Below, in pieces: positions 13,401 to 22,853 of a DNA stretch of 64,000 nt. This DNA is from Macrostomum lignano. Taxonomy: Eukaryota. Position 1 is the first letter of the stretch, and the number at the start of each line of letters is the position of its first letter. A model generated the notes under the pieces. It had not been told where the DNA came from and did no database searches. It saw only the letters and a list, made by a program, of their open reading frames with translations. The stretch spans positions 1 through 64,000 of the forward strand of contig NIVC01002112.1 in NCBI GenBank assembly GCA_002269645.1. The letters are read 5' to 3'. The position numbers were made by a program, and so were the translations under genes.

Positions 13401-16400
13401 TCGCATTTTGGTCACAGTGAAAACAGCATCTAAGCTTCGTAACTGTGCGTGCTATAAAGATAGCAAAGTTTCCCGCAAAGCTGTGCGCTGTAAGAAGTCT
13501 ACTAAAACTCGTGGTCCGTGCAGGAGAGGACGTAATGGAGACAAGTACCGCAAGCTGACGCACATTCAATGGACAGTCCGGAACTGCAAATGCCGAAGCG
13601 TTCGCAAAGTTACTCATCAACTCTGCGGCTGTGACAAGCGTCGTCAAGTTAAGAACAGCTGTCTGGCTGGCTATATAAAGGTCACGAAAATCACTGAACG
13701 ACGACTGGTACGTGGTCGTTGTCGACGAATTCTCGTTGGCAAGCGACGCCAACGCTTGAGCTGTGGTCAGGTGAAAGTGAAAAAGGTTTGCAACAAGAAG
13801 TCTGGACAGCTTAACGTTTTTGTGACGAGGCCATACGTTAAGCACTGCAGATGCTTTAAAAAAGTAACGCGGCACATACGCCGTTGTGGTAAGTATTGCG
13901 TTTAAATTTTTAGCTTAGTTCGTGCAAATCATGGCGTCAAACGTATCTTATTTTTAAGTAACAATGCACACTCAAACAAAATACTTTCAGGTTGTCATCA
14001 CGGTAGCAAACTAGTTTCGACTGCACCGTGCAACAAGAAATCGTGTCGCCAGAGGCTGCTTTTTAAGAAACAGGTTCTCAGTGGCGAAAAATGCATTTGG
14101 AAGAGTTATCATCGGCATCGCGTGTGTTGCTGTAAGGGCTACAGACGCACTGTTAAATGCGACCGCAAACGAGGGTACGTCATCACAACTATCACCAAGC
14201 GAGTTCTCAAACAGTGGAAGTGTATCAAGAAGGTTACTAAGAGCAGCAGGAAAATTAGTATGTGCTGTTGTTTTTAGCTCTTAATACTGGAAATGTTACC
14301 TTAAGTATTTGACATGCAATATAAAATGTTTCATGATATTTTCAGAGTGCAAGCGTCATAATACGGTTTCCAAACAAAAGCTTCCTGGCGGTGTGCTGAA
14401 GGTTACCCGTTGCTCGGTTAAGCGGCAGGATTGCAAGTGCGTGAAAAGCTGCAAAACTGTGTTCTTGAGATACAGTGAGTCCCGTTTAAAATTTTATTTT
14501 CATTTTTCTTCCGCTCAGGCAAGGTGGCGAATGAACATCGTTTTTTCTAACATTAACATTACAGAATGCAAGAAGCCAGTGCAAAGAGTTCTTTGCAAGT
14601 GTTCTCGTGGCCGTTGTCGTAAGGAGCGCTACATCACCGTGTGGAGACTATCGAATGGTAGATGCCTCAAGCAGACACGTCGCGTGGATAAACCGATCCT
14701 TTGCAAACCGAAAAAAATGACTCGTAGTTGCTGCAGTAAACCAACAAAGTACGGATTTTATTTGGTTGAGACGACCGTCTCCTGGTATCAAAAGGCATGT
14801 CGCTGTCATAAAAGAGTTCAAACTCGTTCGGTTGTCTGCCGCTGTTTGAAGCCACACAAAAAGAAGATCTGCCACCGGGGACATATAGTTACATTCCATT
14901 ATTCTTACCGATTAAGTCGTGGTCGCTGTGTGCGGGACGTTAAGCGTCAATCACAGGCGGTTCGATGCGACACAACTTGGCGGCTGTCACACAGTACAGC
15001 AGGAAAACCAAAATACTATAAGGTATACAAGCGCTTTGTCCGATCTGGATGCAAATGCATACGGCAAACCAAACGAGTGCTGTGCTACTCTGATTGTCGT
15101 CGGTGCACTTTGTCATACAGGTGCGAAAATGGCAATCAAGTTGCGGCCATTCGAAACTGTTGGCGTTTGGTTGGATGTCGTTGCGTCAGCTATAGAACTG
15201 TCTCTAGAAAGCGTGTGTCATGTCCTAAATCGACCATACAACGAAATTGCAAGCGCTGTAATCGCACAGTAATAATCAAGCAATACAGCGTTCGCAAGTG
15301 TAAGTGCATTATGAAGAAGCAAGTGAAGAAGAGCAAATGCTGTTGCAACAAGGCAACAACGACCCGAGTTTGTATTCGCGGTGCGATACGAATCAGACGG
15401 ATTACTCACACGCTAAGAAATGGTCGCTGTTACTCAAAAACAAAGGACTCTTTCAGGCGTGTGAACTGCACACGCCGCGTGCTCAGGGCTATCCAGGGAA
15501 GGTGCAAAGGAGGAAAACAACGGTACATCGTGCACTACTGGGTAAAGATTGGCTGCCGTTGTGTGCGCCGTGTCCGCTCTGAATTCCGAAAGTGCGCTTG
15601 TGCCCACAAAGCTGTCGATCTTTTCTTGGTAGTTGACCTGTACGGAAAAGACAGGCGTGGCTACAAGAAACGAATAGTCAGCTTCCTAAAGACCGTTTCC
15701 ACCTACTTTTTGCACACCTCTGCAAGTGTTCACATTACTATGGTTTCCTACAACTGGAATGTACACGTTCACAAATTGAAGCATTTGAAAAATCTACCTA
15801 TCAAGGCATTTACCAACACAAGAACCGATTTGTGCGGGGCTCTTAAGGAAGTCAATAGGCGTCTACACGCTAAGTCCCGACCGGGTGTAGAAAAGATTGT
15901 AGTAATCATTACCTGCGGCAAACATAGCAAGCAGCACAAGACAGTCGCACTGGCCGACAAGATTAAGCGCAAAGCCAGCGTTTTCGTTGTTGGCTTCCGT
16001 CCGATTCCCAAATCCGGTCTATACGTCAAGTGGCTGGCTTCAAAACCAATCAAAATGCATTACATGGAACTTGGAATTCGCCGCAAGTAGGTTAACCATT
16101 TCTTTTTGATGCAAATTTTCTGTATTTGAATTAAGTTTATGACACTTGTTTCAATGTTAAGATGCTTCAACTCATACATTCTGTAGGTATCACTTCTCCG
16201 CCACGCGCCTGTTTGAGAGAATCTGCAAGAAAGCTTGTGCCAAGCCGGTCGTTAAGCATTCCGCTTGTCACAAACACAACTGCAGGAGAGTGTATACACG
16301 CACCACATTCTATTTGGATCGGCGTAGAAAGAAATGCGTGCGCAGATCCAAAAGCTGGTGGAAGCTGTGCTGCTGCATTCACAGAGACAGCGTTGAAAAG

Positions 16401-19264
16401 AAGTGTTACAAAAACAGACTGTACCGAGTTGTCACCTCATACCGATTCAAGAAGCACGCCTGTCATCGAAGCGTGCGCCGGTATGACATTTCCGCTCAAG
16501 TGCATGCAGCCTGTCGGCCACGCTCCAAGCTTCACCGAGGACCGTGTCGCAAAGATGGCTGGAGGAAAGACACGATAGTAACTCGGCATGTTGCACAGTG
16601 CCGCTGTAAGGTTGGCCGCCGACACCAGCTCATACGCTGCCGTTGTCCTAAGCAGCACGTTGTCAACACCTGCGTTCGGGGAAATCACCAGCAGCGCTGC
16701 CACTATACTTACACTCTCAAACCGACTGGGTGCACCAAAAACCGCAGATGCCGCACTTCTCGCGTAACGTGCAAGACTCGAAAAATAGTCAGGGGTAAAT
16801 GCAATCGTTCGAGCTGCAAGAGAAGTATGGGAAGCATATGGTACACTGTGCGAAACTGCAAATGCAAGCGTCATTATAAAGTGTGGAAGGAAACTTGCTG
16901 TAAGTTCAATTTTCTACCAATGTAGTTAATTTTCTACTCAATCAAACAGTTACAAACCCTAAGTGTTATGTTATTTCAGGTTGCAAGCGGCAACTTCAGA
17001 AATACCGCTACTGCGACAAACGTTCGCAGCAGCATGTTGAAGTCCATTCTTGGCTTGAATTCCACAAACGCAGTTGTCGCCGCGTGTCTCGCAAAATTTA
17101 CCGACCAGTCCGCTGTCCTTCACCTCGAACGAAAAAATCCAAATGTGCTGCCAGACAGAATGGATTCTATCGAAAGTGGGTCGAGTGCTATTGGAAGAAG
17201 AGAAATTGTGTCTGCATCAAGTACACAAAGTCGCGCTATGAGCTTTGCAGATGTAGGCGCGGTTACGCAACCAAGAAGTGCCGCTCCGGCTCGTGGGTTT
17301 ACATTCACCATTATTGGCAGAAGTCTGGAAATAAGTGCATTGCACGCAGCAAGATCACCTCAAGAGTTCGTGTAACGTGCAGCTCCAAGCGTCATAGTGT
17401 TACTGGCCCGTGTAATATCGTTAAGGGAAATAAAAAGTACGCGCGAGTCGTGCAGACATGGAAGCGACGCGTCGGTTGCAGCTGCAAAACCGTTTCCAAT
17501 TCTTTCTTGAAGCTGTGCGCCTGTCAGAAGCCATACAAACGCTACAGTTGTCTTAGAAATAACCGCTTAGTGATAACTGAGTATCGCTTCTTTGTAAGTG
17601 GTAATAGTTGCAAGCTTCGAAAGTTTACAAGCTACAGACTTATACGTTGTCCGAAGGCGCGCACAAAGGTGTCAAAATGTACAGGCAAGACTCAAGCAGT
17701 TATTGTTGTCATTCACAAGCCTATAAAATGTAAATGCGTATCGAAGATCTACAGACGCGTGGTGCAATGCAAGTCCAAGTGTAGAGACCTGCTACCCACT
17801 GGAATATGCAGAAAGTGGGCCGCTTCTAACAAGATTCAATTGTGCGACAAATACCCGTATTTCGCCAAGCGTCTTTGCGCGAGGACCTGCCATCGTTGCT
17901 ATGGTAAGCACTAACTTTGCTTTATAGAACACGAATATTGATATTTTCAACTGTGATTCAAAACCAATTCTCCCACAGGCTGCCCCAAAACGCGGCTCAT
18001 TTATGCCAAAAATTTCTGCCTCAGCAAGCAGCGGCACTTCCGACGCTCGTTCATTTTGGCTCAGCGCACCTCATTCGACGTTTGCATGAGCAGCTGTCAG
18101 AAAAACAGCAAATGCCGGGCATTCGACTATGATCATTCAACGCGAAAGTGTCTCCTTCTGCGAATCAATCGCAGAGGTCTCCTCCTGCGGTTCCCGTCGC
18201 TGAAGTTGCGCAAGACGCGAGACTGTATTTTGTTTGAGCGGATCTGTCCTACTAAATGTCCCTTCCGCCGCATCCTGAAGCAATACAAGTGCAGCTGCAT
18301 CAAATTAGGCAAGCAGCGCGTATGCTACAGGACAGCAGCGGTGGCTACGTGGAAGCGGAATCGCAGCGGTAGCTGCCAAAGGCGGGTGCACAAACTGCGA
18401 GTGCCATGTCGCAAATGCGAGGACAGACGAGAATTCTGCAAGAAGTCGAAGTGTTCCAGGCACCTCGTACGTCATCTGTGCAATTACACTTGCGGTGTTT
18501 GCAAGCGTCAACCGAGAGGCTACCACTGGCGCAGCCGCTGCTCCAAGTCCGGCTGGCAGAAGGACATTAGAGTTCAGGTCTACTACGATAAAAAACTACG
18601 TCTGTGGCGCGTCTCTGTCAGAATCAAAAACCTGCGCTGCGTCCGTTGCCAAGTCGGCTCTTACCAGTTGATCGGACCGTGCAAAAATGGCCAACGCAAA
18701 ATTACAAAGATCGTCGCCCGCTTTGTCAATGGCCGATGTCGCATCAGCTCTCATGCTAAGACTTATAGCTGCAAGAACTGCGGCTTAGTCACCAGAAAGC
18801 TGATTAGCAAGTGCTATCGTCACGGCAAGAAATGGATCCGGCAGGTAGTCACACTGTACACAATCCGTGTGAAGGGTCACTGCATTGTTCGCCGAAGTCT
18901 CGCCGTTTTCTCTTGCTCGCCGAAATGTCCGCGCGATCGGTCCACCGTGTCTCAGTGCAAGTGCGGCAAGCGAATCCGCTGCTTCATGTATTACGTCACG
19001 TATCCCGGATCGAACGTTTGCGTGCCTAAACGATACACCTCCAGCGAGAAGTGCGCCTCAACTCAGAGTGAGTCAAAGCTTTCACTAGCTGTCATTCTTA
19101 ACTAAATCTTTCCTAAATACCTTCTGGCAAATCCCACGAATCCCGCACGTCTTCCAGAATGCAAAGACAAAATCCGCCCTGTTGACTGCCTGTTCGTGAA
19201 GAAGAGCAACATGTGCCGCTCAATGCGCAGTCTGTGCGCCAGGACTTGCGGCTACTGCAAATGA
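652..19264 (+). CDS. Giant Lys/Arg/Cys-rich secreted-type protein (VWD-C8-TIL, ShK-like x5, long Cys-hairpin repeat region, degenerate VWA, PAN/Apple); 5' end outside window
   Basis: Exons 652-1177, 1267-1695, 1787-1924, 2012-2305, 2392-2781, 2873-3127, 3224-4060, 4649-4918, 4999-5418, 5603-5734, 5815-6416, 6486-6721, 6809-7712, 7796-8080, 8166-8303, 8390-9565, 9647-10501, 10596-11111, 11215-11511, 11620-13002, 13095-13888, 13991-14257, 14346-14474, 14565-16086, 16187-16899, 16980-17903, 17979-19067, 19158-19264(TGA). All introns are GT-AG and phase-compatible. Exons sum to 15,628 nt, or 5,210 codons after restoring single missing bases near 7392 and 12191. Confidence 0.9.
4140..4665 (+). repeat. 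53-bp intronic tandem repeat that copies the downstream intron/exon junction
   Basis: Unit CCATGCTCATTCAAGCAAAGCAG|GATGTCCAAAGCCTATAACCTCAACTCAGA, about 9-10 copies; the last copy is the true acceptor at 4648/4649. Confidence 0.9.
15600..16086 (+). other. von Willebrand factor A domain with degenerate MIDAS
   Basis: VDLFLVVDLYGK..HITMVSY..TRTDLCGALKEV..RPGVEKIVVIITCG..VFVVGF..WLAS follows the VWA strand/helix order. Confidence 0.8.
17979..18250 (+). other. PAN/Apple domain
   Basis: SFDVCMSSCQKNSKCRAFDYDHSTRKCLLL..LFERIC matches the PAN CxxxC..CxxFxY..C pattern. Confidence 0.8.
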
Positions 19265-19419
19265 CTCTGAAACTGATTCTCCTTTTCTGATTATCTGACA
19301 AATTTGGTGAAAAGTTAACATTTGGTGGATTTTTTCAATTTGATCAAAATATATTAATTCAAAACTTATTCTATCGGCTCTCTTTAACAATCTTTTTGGC
19401 GTCCATACAGCACTCATGA

Positions 19420-20420
19420 CAGTCAGTCAGTCAGTCAGTCAGTCAGTCAGTCAGTCAGTCAGTCAGTCAGTCAGTCAGTCAGTCAGTCAGTCAGTCAGTC
19501 AGTCAGTCAGTCAGTCAGTCAGTCAGTCAGTCAGTCAGTCAGTCAGTCAGTCAGTCAGTCAGTCAGTCAGTCAGTCAGTCAGTCAGTCAGTCAGTCAGTC
19601 AGTCAGTCAGTCAGTCAGTCAGTCAGTCAGTCAGTCAGTCAGTCAGTCAGTCAGTCAGTCAGTCAGTCAGTCAGTCAGTCAGTCAGTCAGTCAGTCAGTC
19701 AGTCAGTCAGTCAGTCAGTCAGTCAGTCAGTCAGTCAGTCAGTCAGTCAGTCAGTCAGTCAGTCAGTCAGTCAGTCAGTCAGTCAGTCAGTCAGTCAGTC
19801 AGTCAGTCAGTCAGTCAGTCAGTCAGTCAGTCAGTCAGTCAGTCAGTCAGTCAGTCAGTCAGTCAGTCAGTCAGTCAGTCAGTCAGTCAGTCAGTCAGTC
19901 AGTCAGTCAGTCAGTCAGTCAGTCAGTCAGTCAGTCAGTCAGTCAGTCAGTCAGTCAGTCAGTCAGTCAGTCAGTCAGTCAGTCAGTCAGTCAGTCAGTC
20001 AGTCAGTCAGTCAGTCAGTCAGTCAGTCAGTCAGTCAGTCAGTCAGTCAGTCAGTCAGTCAGTCAGTCAGTCAGTCAGTCAGTCAGTCAGTCAGTCAGTC
20101 AGTCAGTCAGTCAGTCAGTCAGTCAGTCAGTCAGTCAGTCAGTCAGTCAGTCAGTCAGTCAGTCAGTCAGGCAGTCAAGTCAGTCAGTCAGTCAGTCAGT
20201 CAGTCAGTCAGTCAAAGTCAGTCAGTTTCAGTTTTCAGTCAGTTTTCAGTCAGTCAAAAAGTTTCAGTCAGTCAGTCAGTCAGTCAGTCAGTCAGTCAGT
20301 CAGTCAGTCAGTCAGTCAGTCAGTCAGTCAGTCAGTCAGTCAGTCAGTCAGTCAGTCAGTCAGTCAGTCAGTCAGTCAGTCAGTCAGTCAGTCAGTCAGT
20401 TCAGTCAGTCAAGTCATCAG
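19420..20420. repeat. (CAGT)n microsatellite, about 1 kb
   Basis: Pure tetranucleotide array, degenerating after about 20170. Confidence 0.98.
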
Positions 20421-20865
20421 TTTCACAGTCAGTGGTCAAGTGTTTTGCCCTCGATCCGGGGCGCCACATGAGAAGCAGTCAGAGACAGAGGAGAGAGCAA
20501 AGTGGAAGCATGAGAGTTGCACTGCTAGCTGAGTGCAGGGACGGCCCAGTGGGCATCAGGCACGCAGCTGATTCATCCCCTGCTCCACCCTTCCGTCTCT
20601 CCGTCTCTTTTTCTCTCTTCTGAATTTCTCTGTCCCCAAAAGCTACCCCTGCCTCAGCTGTGCCTGTCATAACCAATGGCAACGCAAACCGTCTCTCTAC
20701 CGTTGACTTGCTTCCCTCTTCTCACTGCCTCTCCCCCTGCCTAAAAGCTTACCTGCAGCAGCAGAGAGAGGCTTTGAAATAAAGGAAGGAAGGCAGAGAA
20801 ATTAATTTTTTTCTTTTCAAGCTCTCCAGACTTGACTAGCAGCTGGAACAGACAGTTACTGCAGC

Positions 20866-21382
20866 ATGGCCGACTTCGCCAAGGATAAATCATATGGAGT
20901 TGTTGATCCGCACAATGTCCAAGAGCTCACGAATCACGTAAGCTGGGGCTTGTCAGGGGACGTCTTTACGAACCTGAAGTTGGCAAAAACACAAAGCTTT
21001 AAGGAACACCATGTTTGAACCGGATTCAAGCCAACAGTATTTAGCGTATTGCTTTTTTGGGCACTGTCGAAAATTAAAGCGACAGTCTGCGTGGATCGGC
21101 CTGTTCGTTCAAGCTACTAAATTAAGATTAGCTTAAGCGAGTATTACTAACGAACTGTCTATGGTTTTTTAATATCTGTAGTCCGGGATATGCTTACTGA
21201 TCCGCTACCCTCCTCGCCACCTGCAGCTGCAGGCCATGCTGCAGGGCATGACCGACAATTTCGGCCACACCAGCGACCGCATCACCGGCCGAATCGACGA
21301 AATGGGCCGGCGTATTGACGAACTCGAGCGCAGCGTCGCCGACCTGATGACCCAGGCGGGCGTGGAGGACTTTCGATCGTAA
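20866..21382 (+). CDS. HSBP1: Heat shock factor-binding protein 1, two exons (20866-20937, 21227-21382)
   Basis: MADFAKDKSYGVVDPHNVQELTNH|LQAMLQGMTDNFGHTSDRITGRIDEMGRRIDELERSVADLMTQAGVE aligns with the HSBP1 family motif DP..VQDLT..Q..L..M.D.F..SD.I.GRID.M..RID.LE...ADLMTQAGVE; phase-0 GT-AG intron. Confidence 0.92.
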
Positions 21383-21679
21383 TTAATTGGATCGTTTGAA
21401 AGTGGCGATGGTTGTCTTACATTTTTTGACCTACGAGTCACAATTGTTCATTTACACTTCACTCAGTTGGTTAGTAGAATTTCCTCTTAGCAATCAAGCT
21501 TGACGTGTTTCTTCATTTGGATCATATCGATGCAGTCTAAAGTTGCTAGACTAACCCCAGTCCATAGATGTGGCCATTGCCCCATTTCTTCGATTACCCT
21601 GCGGATTCCCGTTCCACTGGTGTGGGTTTCTAAATATCCCCGGTTCACCGGTGGATTGCTCCCGTCCACCAGTTCAGAG

Positions 21680-22017
21680 GAGGGAGGATCAGCCCAGTGC
21701 GTCCAGCGCGGCGCTCTGATGTGCCAGCGGCCCAGGCTCGAGTCCAAGTGCAGTCACATTAATTTGGGGCTAAATTGGAATCTCGGCTTGGCTCTGCTCG
21801 TTTAATTAACGCCCTTGAGAGCCACACCAAGGCACCGTGAAGTGTACATGCCTAGCGATAAATAAATTTTTGGGCCGCTGTACACTCGATCCTGTGTGAG
21901 TGCCTGTGCGTATGACTGCGTACGGATCCGCGCGCTTGTGTGCCTGCTCAGGGGAGTCTGCGGAATCGGCCGTAATGCCTCTCACCGGTTGTGTGACAAT
22001 GTCGCTTAAAGTGCGCC
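21680..22017 (+). mobile_element. tRNA-derived SINE, family A, copy 1
   Basis: Near-identical to 52663-52962 and (reverse) 52224-52490; A-box/B-box-like head (AGCCCAGTG, GGCTCGAGTCC); shared 3' end GTGTGACAATGTCGCTTAAAGTGCGCC. Confidence 0.8.
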
Positions 22018-22579
22018 CCTGACTCTAATCCTAAAATGCCACCTCCTACTCTTCAGCAAAGCGGCACACCAGGTAAGAACTACACTGTAGCATGAGAACA
22101 ATTAGTCGAATCCAAATGAAGAAAATGAAAAGCCATGCAATTTCTTCCTTTAATTTTGCTCTGTTGATCACGAAATGCGAAATCTTTTCTAGACTTATTT
22201 TCCGATACTACAGCGCTGGCGTCTCTGTGATAGAAGTCACAAATCAAATAGTTCTTATTAGTTCCTTATAGTTCGCTAATTTATACAGTCCATCGTACTT
22301 TTACAAATAGAATGCTTCGAATCAAACATTCGAAAAACATCAGCAGCTCCACTTCCGTATGTGAAATGTTACTTTTTTAATAGTCAGAAATTGTGTAACA
22401 CAATATATAAACGTCCACGTTCGTAACACATATCTGAAAGTTCCTCTTTTTAAAATAAAATTTTATTAATCGCATTCGTTTATTTGTTTTTAATAAAGCA
22501 CGAGTACATTGAATTTTGCAGGCTGCAGCTATGACATTTATTGCGTTGGGAAATCCTGAGCCTCCCCACTAATGTTTGC

Positions 22580-22853
22580 GCGCACCCTCACTTTCTCCCA
22601 GTTGTGATCCCTGTGCCCCCGTGATGACTCATATATCCCAAGGGTTTGCACAGGTGTTTTCATGCAGTCTGAATTACGTCACAGGTATGTACACCCTTTT
22701 AGCTGCTGCTGTGCTTTGGGGATTGGCGCAATTGGGGATTCTTGTGTGTGAATCGCACGACAACCCTAGCCATTTTTCGCACAAGGGCTAAATTATCGGT
22801 ATCGAACGCACGATCGTGGTGCGAGAGAGTCAGACGTGTTTACCGCTAAGCTA
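22580..22853 (-). mobile_element. Putative second tRNA-headed SINE-like element
   Basis: Minus strand reads TAGCTTAGCGG (A box)..GCGTTCGATACC (B box) followed by a non-tRNA body; single copy in window, 3' boundary uncertain. Confidence 0.45.

Noticed and set aside
637-18526. Many minus-strand ORFs overlapping the giant gene
   Set aside because: Antisense shadows of a compositionally biased CDS; no recognisable domains
652-19264. Identity with the Macrostomum adhesive proteins Mlig-ap1 or Mlig-ap2
   Set aside because: Shares VWD-C8-TIL and basic character, but the window shows no EGF array, C-type lectin, GRKHS-type low-complexity tracts or long near-identical repeats; treated as a distinct protein pending BLAST
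19416-20471. 351-aa ORF (SQSV)n and similar low-complexity ORFs over the CAGA/TCTG/GATA and minisatellite arrays (e.g. 28400-30135, 36963-37531, 40108-41187, 25718-26213, 61429-61911)
   Set aside because: Stop-free frames are a by-product of tandem repeats; no splice context or protein signature
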